A stretch of DNA of 55,317 nucleotides from Actinomycetota bacterium (GCA_046725875.1 JBKOZJ010000102.1:1-55317); one strand, 5' to 3'; counted from the stretch's first letter, positions 1 to 9,631 are shown. Program-made: numbers and translations. The notes: generated from the sequence alone by a model not told the origin.

Positions 1-20
1 GAGCCAACGGCACATTCATC
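1..20. repeat. REP-like repeat arm (partial, window edge)
   Basis: GAGCCAACGGCACATTCATC is the exact reverse complement of 17513-17532. Confidence 0.7.
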
Positions 21-102
21 GGTGGCGGCGGGTTGTCCCGCGGGGTGGTGTTGTGGGGTACGCGAGGGAGCCGGGGCTGGGACGTATTCCTACGATGATG
101 CG

Positions 103-1467
103 GTGACTCGGCAGAAACATCTGGCTGGAGCGGGGTTGGCGGTCGTTGCCCTGCTCGTCGGATGTTCCGGCGGTGGGGATGAGGACGTGGTCGTCGCGCC
201 GGTTGGGCGGGCCGAAGTCAAGGAGATCATCGAGGCGCCGGCGACCGTCGTGGCGAAGGCGAGCGCGACCGTCACCTCTCCGGCGAATGGCACCGTCATG
301 GACCTGCGCGTGAAGGAGGGACAGGTCGTCCGGGCGGGCCAAATGCTGCTCAAGATCGATTCGCCCGACGCGCAGGAGCAGTTGGAGCAGGCCGAGCGGG
401 CGCACAACGAGGCGGAGTCCGGGGCGGATGTCAGCATTCCGCCTGCAGACTTCTCCCGTACTCAAAACGGCACGGACCAGGCGGCTCGGGATGCTTTCGA
501 CCAGGCCCGTCGGGCGGCGGAGCAGATCACCGACGGGCCCACTCGGAAAGCGCTGCTCGCCCAGGTGGCCCAGTCCCGGGCCTCCTATGCGGCGGCTCGG
601 GCCGACGCGGCGGAGGCGATCCGCCGCTTCAACGCGGGGCTGGGCTCCGTGTCTGCGGCGCTGAGCTCGCTGTCCGCGGCGCAGCGCGCTCAGACCGAGG
701 CGGCGCTTGCGCTCGCGCAGCGGACGGTCGAGGCGCTCACCGTTCGAGCGCCGATCGACGGTACGGTCACCCTCGGCGGCAGCCAGGGCGGCGGTGCCGC
801 CGGGAGCGACCTGTCCAACCTGCTCGGCTCGCTCCCAGACCAGGCCCAGGGCGAAGCCTCGCAGCTCCTGGGCGCCACCGGGGCGCCAGGCGACGGCGGG
901 CAGGCACCGCCCACGCGCAACGCCCTCACCGAGGGGATGCCGGTGTCTACCGGCTCCACGCTGCTCACCCTCATCGATGTCTCCGACCTATCACTCGCGG
1001 CCGAGGTGGACGAGACGGACATCCTGCTCGTCAAGCCGGGCGTGACCGCCGACGTGGAATTCGACGCGGTGCCCGGCGCCAGCTACGCCGGCGAGGTAGA
1101 GACCATCGACCTCGCGCCGACACAATCCAGCCGCGGCGGCGTCTCATACGTCGTACGGCTCACGCTCGGCGGCGGATCGATGTCCGACGGCGGGCCCGCG
1201 CCGGAGCCCAGGCCGGGGATGAGCGCGGTCGCGGACCTGCTAGTTCGGACGGCGCGAAACGCGGTATCCGTCCCGTCGTCCGCGATCGTCCGCAATGGCG
1301 CCACCGACACCGTGTGGCTGGTCACCAACGGCCGGGCCGAACAGCGCGAGGTGAAGCTTGGCGCGCAAGGCGAGGATGTCGTCCAGGTGCTCCAGGGCCT
1401 CGAGGTCGGCGACGACGTCGTGGTGCGCGGCGCCGACCAGGTACAGGACGGCCAGCAGGTCTCATGA
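103..1467 (+). CDS. Efflux ABC/RND periplasmic adaptor (HlyD/MacA-like) lipoprotein
   Basis: Lipobox LLVGC; lipoyl-like segments (VTSPANGTV..VKEGQVV; VRAPIDGTV); coiled coil; EVDETDI and RPGMSA motifs. GTG103 chosen because it follows TACGAT (91-96). Confidence 0.9.
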   Translation: MTRQKHLAGAGLAVVALLVGCSGGGDEDVVVAPVGRAEVKEIIEAPATVVAKASATVTSPANGTVMDLRVKEGQVVRAGQMLLKIDSPDAQEQLEQAERAHNEAESGADVSIPPADFSRTQNGTDQAARDAFDQARRAAEQITDGPTRKALLAQVAQSRASYAAARADAAEAIRRFNAGLGSVSAALSSLSAAQRAQTEAALALAQRTVEALTVRAPIDGTVTLGGSQGGGAAGSDLSNLLGSLPDQAQGEASQLLGATGAPGDGGQAPPTRNALTEGMPVSTGSTLLTLIDVSDLSLAAEVDETDILLVKPGVTADVEFDAVPGASYAGEVETIDLAPTQSSRGGVSYVVRLTLGGGSMSDGGPAPEPRPGMSAVADLLVRTARNAVSVPSSAIVRNGATDTVWLVTNGRAEQREVKLGAQGEDVVQVLQGLEVGDDVVVRGADQVQDGQQVS

Positions 1468-2204
1468 CCGCGGCGGTGGAGGCCGATCGGGTCACCCGCG
1501 TGTACCCCGGTGACGGCGTCGAGGTTCCGGCGCTGCGGGGGGTGAGCCTGCGGATCGGGTCGGGCGAGTATGTGGCGATCGTCGGGCCGTCCGGCTCCGG
1601 CAAGTCGACCCTGATGCATATATTCGGCTGCCTCGACCGGCCGACCTCCGGTCGTATGCTCGTCGCCGGCCGCGACACCGCGGGCCTGTCCGATGCCGAG
1701 CTGGCCGCGCTGCGCAACCGTACCGTCGGCTTCGTCTTCCAGTCGTTCCAGCTCCTCGCCAGGACCAGCGCGCTAGACAACGTCGCGCTGCCGCTCGTCT
1801 ACCGGGGGACCGGACGCTCCGAGCGCCGGCAACGTGCCGAGGCCGCGCTCCATGCGGTGGGTCTCGGTCACCGCCTCGGCCACCGGCCGGCGCAGTTGTC
1901 CGGCGGCGAGCAGCAGCGCGTGGCCATCGCTCGGGCGCTGGTATCCGAACCCTCGCTCCTGCTCGCCGACGAGCCGACGGGAAACCTCGACACCAGGAAC
2001 GGCGCGGAGGTCATGCGCATGCTCGACCGGCTCAATACTGAGCGCGAGGTCGCCGTCGTCCTCGTCACCCACGAGCCCGACATTGCCGCCCACGCTCGCC
2101 GCATCGTCTCCTTGCGGGACGGCCGGGTCGATCGGGATGAGGCGAACACCTCGCCAGTGCGACCACGCGAGGTCGAGCCCGACGTCCCCGAGGCGGACCG
2201 GTGA
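1464..2204 (+). CDS. ABC transporter ATP-binding protein (MacB/LolD-like)
   Basis: Walker A GPSGSGKST, signature LSGGEQQR, Walker B LLLADEPTGNLD; ATGA overlap with upstream stop. Confidence 0.95.
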   Translation: MTAAVEADRVTRVYPGDGVEVPALRGVSLRIGSGEYVAIVGPSGSGKSTLMHIFGCLDRPTSGRMLVAGRDTAGLSDAELAALRNRTVGFVFQSFQLLARTSALDNVALPLVYRGTGRSERRQRAEAALHAVGLGHRLGHRPAQLSGGEQQRVAIARALVSEPSLLLADEPTGNLDTRNGAEVMRMLDRLNTEREVAVVLVTHEPDIAAHARRIVSLRDGRVDRDEANTSPVRPREVEPDVPEADR

Positions 2205-3385
2205 GGCTCGCCGAGGCCTTCCGGGTGGCTTTCACCACCCTGCGGCTAAACCGGCTGCGCAGTGCGCTCACCATGGTCGGCGTCATCATCGGCGTGGCCG
2301 CGGTCATCATTCTCGTCGCGATCGGCTCCGGCGCGAAGCAGATGGTGGAGTCGCAGATCGAGGGGCTCGGGTCGAACCTCATCCTGGTCGTGCCCGGCAG
2401 AGTGCAGTTCGGCGCCGCTCCGACCGCGAGCCGCCTGCAGCTTTCGGACGCCGTGTTGGTCGGCCGGGTGGTGGGCGACGAGCGCCGGGTCACCGTCTCG
2501 GTGTCCTCCGGCGAGGTTGTCCGGGTTGGAGCAGACGAGACGTTCGCCAACATCATCGGTACGAACGAGAACCTGCCGTACGTCTTCAACCGGCCACTCG
2601 CCCGCGGCCGCTACATCAGCTCCGCCGATGTGGACACCCGCCGCCGCGTCGCGGTCCTCGGCGCGAGCATCGCAGACCGGCTCTTCGGCGGCGTCGATCC
2701 GATCGGCCGCCAGTTCTCGATCGCCGGCGTGCGCTTCCGGGTGGTAGGGGTCTACGGCTCGGTCGGATCGGCCTTTGCCATTAACCGGGACGAGGAGGTC
2801 CACATCCCGGTGACCGCCCAGCAGCGGCTGCTGGGGGTGCAGACGATCGACGGGCTCGGCGTCAAGGCTGCCAGCACCTCCGGTATCGAAGGTCTGCAAC
2901 GACGCCTGGTCAGCACCTTGGAGGACCGGTATCCGGGTGAGGAGTTCTCCGCCGTCACGCAGACCCAGATCCTCGGCACGGTCGGGCGGATCCTCAGCAT
3001 GCTGACCTTCGTGCTCGCCGCCATCGCGGGCATCTCACTGCTCGTCGGCGGTGTCGGCGTCTCGAACATCATGCTGGTCTCGGTCCGCGAGCGGACCCAG
3101 GAGATCGGGTTGCGCAAGGCCTTGGGTGCCCGGCAGCGGGACATTCTGCTGCAGTTCCTCATCGAGGCGGTCCTGCTCACCACGTTCGGGGGGCTGATCG
3201 GCATCGGTCTTGGTGCCATCGCCTCCTGGGCGGTCGGGGCTTACTCGCCGGTGCCCACCGTTATTGCCTGGTGGTCACCGGTACTCGCCGCCGGGGTATC
3301 AGCCGCCGTCGGCGTCTTCTTCGGGGTAGCGCCGGCCCGCCGGGCCGGCCGTCTCGACCCGGTCGTCGCCCTCCGCTCCGAATAG
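2201..3385 (+). CDS. ABC transporter permease (MacB/FtsX family)
   Basis: RSALTMVGVIIGV; GGVGVSNIMLVSVRERTQEIGLRKALGA; C-terminal PARRAGRLDPVVALRSE; GTGA overlap. Confidence 0.95.
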   Translation: MRLAEAFRVAFTTLRLNRLRSALTMVGVIIGVAAVIILVAIGSGAKQMVESQIEGLGSNLILVVPGRVQFGAAPTASRLQLSDAVLVGRVVGDERRVTVSVSSGEVVRVGADETFANIIGTNENLPYVFNRPLARGRYISSADVDTRRRVAVLGASIADRLFGGVDPIGRQFSIAGVRFRVVGVYGSVGSAFAINRDEEVHIPVTAQQRLLGVQTIDGLGVKAASTSGIEGLQRRLVSTLEDRYPGEEFSAVTQTQILGTVGRILSMLTFVLAAIAGISLLVGGVGVSNIMLVSVRERTQEIGLRKALGARQRDILLQFLIEAVLLTTFGGLIGIGLGAIASWAVGAYSPVPTVIAWWSPVLAAGVSAAVGVFFGVAPARRAGRLDPVVALRSE

Positions 3386-3489
3386 TGCCGAGTACCGCCG
3401 CTACGACTCCGGCCCCGATCGAGATCGGCTCCGTAGAGCTGGCCGTGGCTTAGCGAGCGGCCCGCCCGCACCCGCGTAGGGTCGGAGGG

Positions 3490-4659
3490 ATGAGCCGGGA
3501 AGCAGTTGTTATTTGGGACGAGGCGTTCTTGGCTTACGACTTCGGGCCCAACCACCCGCTCGCCCCCCGCCGGCTCGACCTCACCATCCGGCTCGCCCGC
3601 GAGCTTGGCGTTCTCGACAATGCGAAGGTGTCCGCGCCGGAATCGGCCAACGACCGACTGCTCGGACTAGTCCACGACGCCGACTACATCGCGGCGGTTC
3701 GTCGGGCCGGCGACAATCCTGCGGCAACCGACCCGAGACGCGGACTCGGCATCTCGGACAACCCCACCTTCGCCGGAATGCATGAGGCGTCGGCGTTGGT
3801 CGCCGGTGCGACCAAGCAGGCGGCCGAGGTCGTTTGGACCGGCGATGCCAAACACGCCGTCAACATCGCCGGCGGCCTGCATCATGCGATGCCCGACCAT
3901 GCATCGGGGTTCTGCGTCTACAACGATCCGGCCGTCGCGATCCGCTGGCTCTTGGAGCAGGGCGCGAACCGGATCGCCTACGTGGACGTTGACGTCCACC
4001 ACGGTGACGGCGTCCAGTTTGTCTTCTGGGACGATCCGCGGGTACTGACGATCTCGATCCACGAGAGCGGTCGCTTCCTTTTCCCGGGCACCGGGTTCCC
4101 CGATGAGACCGGAGGTCGCGGCGCGGCCGGAAGCGCCGCCAATCTCGCACTGCCCCCGGGCACCGGAGACGCGGGTTGGCTGCGGGCGTTCCACGCCGTC
4201 GTGCCGCAGCTGGTGCGCGCCTTTCAGCCGCAGGTCCTCGTCTCGCAGCATGGCTGTGACTCGCATTTCCTCGACCCACTGGCACATCTGACGCTTTCCG
4301 TAGATGCACAGCGAGCGTCGGCCGCGGCGATCCATGAGCTCGCCCACGAGACGGCCGAAGGCCGGTGGATAGCCACGGGAGGCGGCGGATATGCGATTGC
4401 GGAGGTAGTACCGCGCACATGGACCCATCTGCTGGCCGAGGCCTGCGGGCAGCCGATCCTGCCGTCCATCGAAACACCGCCTGGCTGGCGGTCTTACACA
4501 CAGCAGATCCTCGAAACGCCCGCGCCGGCGCGGATGACAGACGGGCGCGACCCCGCATGGAAGTCGTTCGACGACGGGCACGACCCGGGTGATCCGGTCG
4601 ACCAGGCGATTACGGCCACCCGGACCGCGGTCTTCCCAGAGCGCGGGCTGATGCCATGA
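3490..4659 (+). CDS. acuC: Acetoin utilization protein AcuC (Zn-dependent HDAC-family deacetylase)
   Basis: GGLHHA, SGFCVYND, YVDVDVHHGDG, SIHESG, FPGTG, GCDSH, GGGGY motifs. Confidence 0.9.
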   Translation: MSREAVVIWDEAFLAYDFGPNHPLAPRRLDLTIRLARELGVLDNAKVSAPESANDRLLGLVHDADYIAAVRRAGDNPAATDPRRGLGISDNPTFAGMHEASALVAGATKQAAEVVWTGDAKHAVNIAGGLHHAMPDHASGFCVYNDPAVAIRWLLEQGANRIAYVDVDVHHGDGVQFVFWDDPRVLTISIHESGRFLFPGTGFPDETGGRGAAGSAANLALPPGTGDAGWLRAFHAVVPQLVRAFQPQVLVSQHGCDSHFLDPLAHLTLSVDAQRASAAAIHELAHETAEGRWIATGGGGYAIAEVVPRTWTHLLAEACGQPILPSIETPPGWRSYTQQILETPAPARMTDGRDPAWKSFDDGHDPGDPVDQAITATRTAVFPERGLMP

Positions 4660-5489
4660 CGGAAATCGCGGTCGCACCAACCCGTAGCGAGCTCATTACC
4701 CAGCTCGTCACCCAGGGCATCGCGGGTGATGTTGCCACCCCGCGCGACAACAACCTCCGCAACTACCGCAGGTTCGCCGGACGCATCCCAGGGTGGACAT
4801 TCGGCATGACCTTCGACCGCCCCTGGTCGTTTGATGATGTCCTCGCCCTGATGGCCGACCGGGTCGGGGTCAACCCGAATCCTGACTTCACCGACGGCAT
4901 GGATCGGATCGACCCGAAGCTCACCGTCGCCGGGTTGGACCGGATGGCCGGCCGACTACGTGCGGCCGCGGAGCGTGCCGAGCGGGTGGTCTTCGCGACC
5001 GGGCACCCGCCGATGCTGCTCGCGATCCACCAGGCGCTCTCGAGCACCTTGCGGCGAGCGGGCTGCTCCGTCGTCATGCCGGCCGCGGGCGAGCGGGTGA
5101 GTGTCGATGTGTACGAGGGTCCGCCGCGGCGCGGCCACATCGTGTACCTCGGCGGCGTTGCGATGTTCGCTATGCTCGCCTCGCTTCGGCACACGCACGC
5201 ACCAGAGCCGATGCGGCTCATGATTGCGGCGCTCGAGCGGGCGGGCGAGCCGCCGCCGGACCTGGTGGTCGCCGATCATGGCTGGGCCGGGGCAGCCGGG
5301 GAGGCGGGGATCGACGCCGTCGGGTTCGCCGATTCCAATGATCCCGCGCTCTTCGCCGGGGAAGCAGAGGGCAAGATCGCGGTGTCGGTGCCAATGGACG
5401 ACGGCATCAATCCGGCGTATTACACCCCGCTGACCAGGTATCTCGTCGACCGGGCCGGGCTACCGCTGGATGGCTGCGAGCTCTGGTGA
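4656..5489 (+). CDS. Actinobacterial putative phosphatase family protein
   Basis: ATGHP, HTHAPEPM, PDLVVADHGWAGAAG, FADSNDPAL, VPMDD motifs; family typically lies downstream of acuC; ATGA overlap. Confidence 0.75.
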   Translation: MTEIAVAPTRSELITQLVTQGIAGDVATPRDNNLRNYRRFAGRIPGWTFGMTFDRPWSFDDVLALMADRVGVNPNPDFTDGMDRIDPKLTVAGLDRMAGRLRAAAERAERVVFATGHPPMLLAIHQALSSTLRRAGCSVVMPAAGERVSVDVYEGPPRRGHIVYLGGVAMFAMLASLRHTHAPEPMRLMIAALERAGEPPPDLVVADHGWAGAAGEAGIDAVGFADSNDPALFAGEAEGKIAVSVPMDDGINPAYYTPLTRYLVDRAGLPLDGCELW

Positions 5490-5540
5490 TCGACCGCTGC
5501 TGGCCTTCCCACCTGCAACACCAGCCACTACGCTGACACC

Positions 5541-5750
5541 ATGACGACGCCGGACCGGCCGCTGGCCGAGGTGAAGTTCCTCACTGTGGCCGAGGTCGCG
5601 GCGGCCATGCGAGTGTCGAAGATGACGGTCTATCGGCTCGTCCATGCTGGTCAGCTGCCCGCCGTCCAGATTGGCCGGTCGTTTCGCGTGCCCGAACAGG
5701 CGGTCCACGACTACCTGAACCACGCGTACGTCGAGGTCGAAGCCGGCTGA
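5541..5750 (+). CDS. Excisionase-family helix-turn-helix DNA-binding protein (Rv0500A-like)
   Basis: FLTVAEVAAAMRVSKMTVYRLVHAGQLPAVQIGRSFRVPE; TACGCT -10 six nt before ATG. Confidence 0.93.
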   Translation: MTTPDRPLAEVKFLTVAEVAAAMRVSKMTVYRLVHAGQLPAVQIGRSFRVPEQAVHDYLNHAYVEVEAG

Positions 5751-5763
5751 GACATCCCAGAGT

Positions 5764-5795
5764 GTCGGCTGAGCCGCCTTTCGGCGGTCAGCGAC
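5764..5795 (+). terminator. Stem-loop downstream of HTH gene
   Basis: GTCGGCTGAGCCGCC-TTTC-GGCGGTCAGCGAC imperfect inverted repeat just after the stop; no U-tract. Confidence 0.45.
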
Positions 5796-5994
5796 CCGTT
5801 GGTCGGCGCAACGGGTAGCCTAAGTGGCCGTTAGTTCTCGGTCGTCCACGTAGCGCTGCTACCTTGGGCTCCCGGCGGCGCGGCCGGATCGACGGCTGGA
5901 TCGCCACTCGCGACGGGCGAGGTGTCCACCAGCGTCCTCGGGGCCGTTGCGGACCATATCCAAGTTTCCGTAGAGGCTATAGCGAGGTTACCCG

Positions 5995-6093
5995 GTGGGA
6001 TCTGTCGTCAAGAAGCGCCGCAAGCGCATGGCAAAGAAGAAGCACCGCAAACTGCTGAAAAGGACGCGCGTGCAGCGCCGGAACAGGAAGTGA
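5995..6093 (+). CDS. 30S ribosomal protein bS22 (AURKAIP1/COX24-like), 32 aa; absent from ORF track
   Basis: Manual translation [36 protein letters not shown] upstream; usual position after the HTH gene. Confidence 0.95.
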   Translation: MGSVVKKRRKRMAKKKHRKLLKRTRVQRRNRK

Positions 6094-6168
6094 CACAGTC
6101 TCATCCCTGGTGCGGCACTTCTCCGTCCCGTGCGTTTGAGGCGCCGGGCGCTGGTCAGGAGGGCGGGC

Positions 6169-7077
6169 ATGCGGCGCATCCTCGTCACGGGCGCTGGTCA
6201 GGTCCCCGGTTCCGCGCTGGCCGTCCGGCTCGGCACCGAGCCTGACGTCGAGCGCGTCATCGGGGTGGACACGTTCACGCCCGGCGACGAGCTTCCTGGC
6301 GTTTCCTTCGTGCGGGCGGACGTCCGCACATCGCTGGTCGGGTCGCTCATCGAGGCGGAGCGCATCGACACCGTGGTTCATCTCGATGCGCTGTCTGGCC
6401 CGTCCGGCGGCGGCGGCGGACGCGAGCTGGCGGTCATTGGGACGCTGCAGCTGCTCGCCGCGGCGCAGCGGGCGAACTCGCTGCAGGCCATCGTGGTCCA
6501 GTCCTCGACCGCCGTTTATGGCGCCGGCCCGAACGACCCGGCGCTCGCCACGGAAGAGACCCCGCTGCCGGGCGCGACTTCCGGCCGGGCCAGAGACGCC
6601 ACCGAGACCGAGAAGTACGTCGCGAAGCTTGCCGAGCAGCGGCCGGAGGTCCGGGTCTGCGTCCTCCGCTTTGCGCCGCTCGCCGGGCCCCAGGTCAGGA
6701 CCCCGTTCGCCCGCTATCTGCGCCGCCCGATCATGCCGACCGTCCTCGGTTTTGACCCGCGCATCCAGCTCCTCCACGAGGACGACGCGGTCGCTGCCCT
6801 GCTTGTCGCGGTTCTCGGCGGCGCTGTGGGGACGTTCAATGTCGCCGGCGACGGTGTGCTCTACCTCTCGCAGGCGGCCCGCCGCCTAGGTCGGCTCAGC
6901 CTTCCGGTCCCGCCCCCAGCGCTGCCGTGGCTCATTGGACGGCTCGACCTGCCAAATGGCCAGCTCCGCTACGGGCGGGTTGTGGACACGGCGCGGATGA
7001 CGAAGGAACTCGGCTTCCGCCCGGCACATACCACTGCCTCGGCTTTGGAGACCCTTCGCGAGGCCGGCGATGGCTGA
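6169..7077 (+). CDS. NAD-dependent epimerase/dehydratase family protein (Rv0501-like)
   Basis: N-terminal RILVTGAG, SSTAVYG, LGFDPRIQLLHEDDA; AGGAGG before ATG6169. Confidence 0.88.
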   Translation: MRRILVTGAGQVPGSALAVRLGTEPDVERVIGVDTFTPGDELPGVSFVRADVRTSLVGSLIEAERIDTVVHLDALSGPSGGGGGRELAVIGTLQLLAAAQRANSLQAIVVQSSTAVYGAGPNDPALATEETPLPGATSGRARDATETEKYVAKLAEQRPEVRVCVLRFAPLAGPQVRTPFARYLRRPIMPTVLGFDPRIQLLHEDDAVAALLVAVLGGAVGTFNVAGDGVLYLSQAARRLGRLSLPVPPPALPWLIGRLDLPNGQLRYGRVVDTARMTKELGFRPAHTTASALETLREAGDG

Positions 7078-7948
7078 CCAAGCGTGGGCGGGCCCGGCCC
7101 GCTGGCTGCCGCCTGACCTCGACGCCCGACTCGCCGCGGGGCTGGCCTTCCTCCGGCGGCGGGTGGCTGGGGAGTACGACATCGACGACTTCGGTTTCGA
7201 CCCGGAGCTGACCGAGAATGTCCTGCTTCCGCTGATTCGGCCGGTCGCCGAGAAGTACTTCCGGCTGGAGGTGCTTGGCACCGAGCACCTCCCCGCGGCG
7301 GGCGCGGGACTGGTCGTCGCCAACCATGCCGGTACTATCCCGATCGACGCGCTCATCGCGCAGTTGGCGATCTACGACCGGATCGGCCGGCATCTGCGAC
7401 TGCTCGCCGCCGATCTGGTGTTCCGCCTCCCGGTCACCGCGCACCTTGCCCGCAAGGCAGGTCATACGCTCGCCTGCCCGGAGGACACTGCGCGGCTGCT
7501 CGACGCCGGTGAGCTCGTCGGTGTCTGGCCGGAGGGCTTTAAAGGCGTTGGGAAGCCGTTCAACCAGCGCTATCAGCTGCAGCGGTTCGGGCGCGGTGGA
7601 TTCGTCACGGCAGCCGCCCGGGCGGGAGCCAGCATCATCCCGTGCGCAATCGTCGGCGCCGAGGAGACCTATCCGATCGTCGGGGACATTACGCCACTAG
7701 CCCGCCTGCTCGGCTTGCCCTACGTACCGGTGACGCCGACCTTCCCCTTGCTTGGTCCGCTCGGCCTCGTGCCGCTGCCGTCCAAGTGGCTCATCGAGTT
7801 CGGCCCGCCCATCGAGTCGTCGGACCTGCCGGAAGCCGCCGAGGACGACCCACTGAGCGTGCTTGACATGACAAGCCAGGTACGGGAAACCATCCAGCAC
7901 ATGCTCTATCGCCTACTTGAGCGGCGCGGCCCCGCGTTCGGATTCTGA
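7070..7948 (+). CDS. Lysophospholipid acyltransferase family protein (Rv0502-like)
   Basis: NHAGTIPID (HxxxxxD-type motif), VWPEGFKG, YQLQRFGRGGF, PLPSKWLIEFG. Confidence 0.92.
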   Translation: MADQAWAGPARWLPPDLDARLAAGLAFLRRRVAGEYDIDDFGFDPELTENVLLPLIRPVAEKYFRLEVLGTEHLPAAGAGLVVANHAGTIPIDALIAQLAIYDRIGRHLRLLAADLVFRLPVTAHLARKAGHTLACPEDTARLLDAGELVGVWPEGFKGVGKPFNQRYQLQRFGRGGFVTAAARAGASIIPCAIVGAEETYPIVGDITPLARLLGLPYVPVTPTFPLLGPLGLVPLPSKWLIEFGPPIESSDLPEAAEDDPLSVLDMTSQVRETIQHMLYRLLERRGPAFGF

Positions 7949-8021
7949 TCGAGCTTGCGTGGCTGTGGTGTGCGGCGAAACGGTCCACCGTGCCTCACCG
8001 GAACCGATCCACTCGCCTGCT

Positions 8022-8176
8022 GCGATCGATCAAAGCGGTGCTGGGTTGAGAAATCGAGCTCGAATGTCGACCTCACGTCACCGCGACTGATCGCCAAGAC
8101 GAAGATGATCGATCGAAGTTACCGCAGCTGGCCATCCAGGTCTCAACGTCGCGACTTGCGCTCACCTCGACTGATC
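8022..8176. repeat. Two tandem GATC-bounded imperfect palindromes (about 84-bp period), REP/BIME-like
   Basis: Units 8022-8094 and 8107-8176 each begin GATCGATC and end GACTGATC, and each folds back on itself. Confidence 0.55.
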
Positions 8177-8338
8177 TCGATTGGTCGGCTGCTTCCGCTG
8201 TGGGCGGGCGTGCCGCGCCGGCACTCACCCGACAGACGTCGCGGACGCCAAGACAGCGGTCGCCGGCTCCAGGAAGGCTAAGGGTTCTGCACCGCGACAA
8301 CCCAGAGCAACCCGAGTGAAGGATATTAGGGTGGCCGC

Positions 8339-8599
8339 GTGGAGCCTCGGGTCACTTTGCTGAGCAAAGCCGGCTGCCATCTTTGCGACGAGGCGCGAGT
8401 GATCATCGCTGGTGTGTGTGCCGAGTCCGGAGTGGAGTGGGCCGAGATCGACATAACGACCGACCCCGCGCGGTATGAGCAGTACTGGGAGCAGATTCCG
8501 GTCACCCTCGTCGACGGCGAGCAGCACGACTACTGGCGTGTTGAAGCCGATCGGCTGCGCGCCGTCCTGGCCGCACCTCCGGGCCGCGGTCGCGCTTGA
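8339..8599 (+). CDS. Glutaredoxin-like protein (Rv0508-like)
   Basis: CHLC redox motif, EQIPVTLVDG, HDYWRV; TAGGGT -10 six nt before GTG. Confidence 0.92.
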   Translation: MEPRVTLLSKAGCHLCDEARVIIAGVCAESGVEWAEIDITTDPARYEQYWEQIPVTLVDGEQHDYWRVEADRLRAVLAAPPGRGRA

Positions 8600-8621
8600 T
8601 CGCCCCGCTCGGGGCCCGACT

Positions 8622-8639
8622 TTGTGCGTACGTTCACAA
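8622..8639 (+). promoter_or_regulatory. Rex operator (ROP) at the rex-hem promoter
   Basis: TTGTGCGTACGTTCACAA matches the Rex consensus TTGTGAA-N4-TTCACAA (2 mismatches); TACGCT -10 at 8645-8650; directly upstream of rex. Confidence 0.85.
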
Positions 8640-8824
8640 ACGCCTACGCTGACAAGCACACACCTCTGCGAGGGTCGAGGAGTCGTCCGCTGGATCTTGT
8701 CTGCGGAGGTTCCCCGGGATCGCCCTGGGAACTTTCCGCGGGTTTCCGGGGGCACCTCGGCCCTTCCCGAGGTTCCCGGGGGGCCGCCTCCTGGGCTTTG
8801 AAGAGGTACGGCAACTGGAGAACC

Positions 8825-9631
8825 GTGACGACAGCGCCTACGACCCGGCCGACGAACCGCCTACGCGGCATCCCGGATGCGACGGTGGCGCGCCTCCCGA
8901 TCTATCTGCGCGCGTTGGCCACGCTCGCCGATCGGGGCATCTCCACCGTCTCGTCAGAGGAGCTCGCCTCGGCCGCCGGTGTGAATTCGGCGAAGCTGCG
9001 CAAGGACCTGTCCTATCTCGGGTCATACGGGACGCGTGGCGTTGGCTACCAGGTCGAATACTTGGTGTACCAAATCTCGCGGGAGCTCGGCCTGACTCAG
9101 GACTGGGCAGTAGCGATCATCGGCGTCGGAAACCTCGGGCACGCGCTCGCCAAATACGGCGGCTTTGCGTCGCGTGGCTTCCGGATAGTCGCGCTCGTCG
9201 ACGCCGACAAGGAACGCGTGGGCGAGGAGGTAGCCGGGCTCACCATTCGGCACATCGACGAGCTCGAGGAGATCGTCCGCACAAGCTACGTCGACATCGG
9301 AGTGGTGGCGACGCCGGCCACCGCCGCACAAGACGTCTGCGATCGGCTGGTCGCCGCCGGCGTTACCAGCATCCTCAACTTCGCTCCCGCCGTCCTTGTA
9401 GTCCCAGATGGTGTCGAGGTGCGAAAGGTCGACCTGTCGATCGAGCTCCAGATTCTGGCCTTCCACGAACAACGGAAAGCCGTCCCAGGTCGGCGCCTGC
9501 CGGTCGGCGCCCCCGTCACCGACCTGCGCAGCCGGGCTGAGGACGGCCGGCGCCTGCTCAGGCGTCATCCAGGGTCGCGCTCGACCGCTGCAGACGAGCC
9601 ATCCGATCTGCCGAGGGCACTAGAAGCATGA
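8825..9631 (+). CDS. rex: Redox-sensing transcriptional repressor Rex
   Basis: IPDATVARLPIYLR, NSAKLRKDLSYLGSYGTRGVGY, GVGNLGHALA, ILNFAP; GGAG RBS before GTG8825. Confidence 0.97.
   Translation: MTTAPTTRPTNRLRGIPDATVARLPIYLRALATLADRGISTVSSEELASAAGVNSAKLRKDLSYLGSYGTRGVGYQVEYLVYQISRELGLTQDWAVAIIGVGNLGHALAKYGGFASRGFRIVALVDADKERVGEEVAGLTIRHIDELEEIVRTSYVDIGVVATPATAAQDVCDRLVAAGVTSILNFAPAVLVVPDGVEVRKVDLSIELQILAFHEQRKAVPGRRLPVGAPVTDLRSRAEDGRRLLRRHPGSRSTAADEPSDLPRALEA

Noticed and set aside
5541..5750. Excisionase as a prophage/ICE marker
   Set aside because: Conserved chromosomal HTH gene beside bS22; no integrase, att site or phage genes nearby.
8022..8176. Mini CRISPR array
   Set aside because: Only two units, each a full hairpin with about 8-bp shared ends; no 23-47-bp direct repeats or cas genes.
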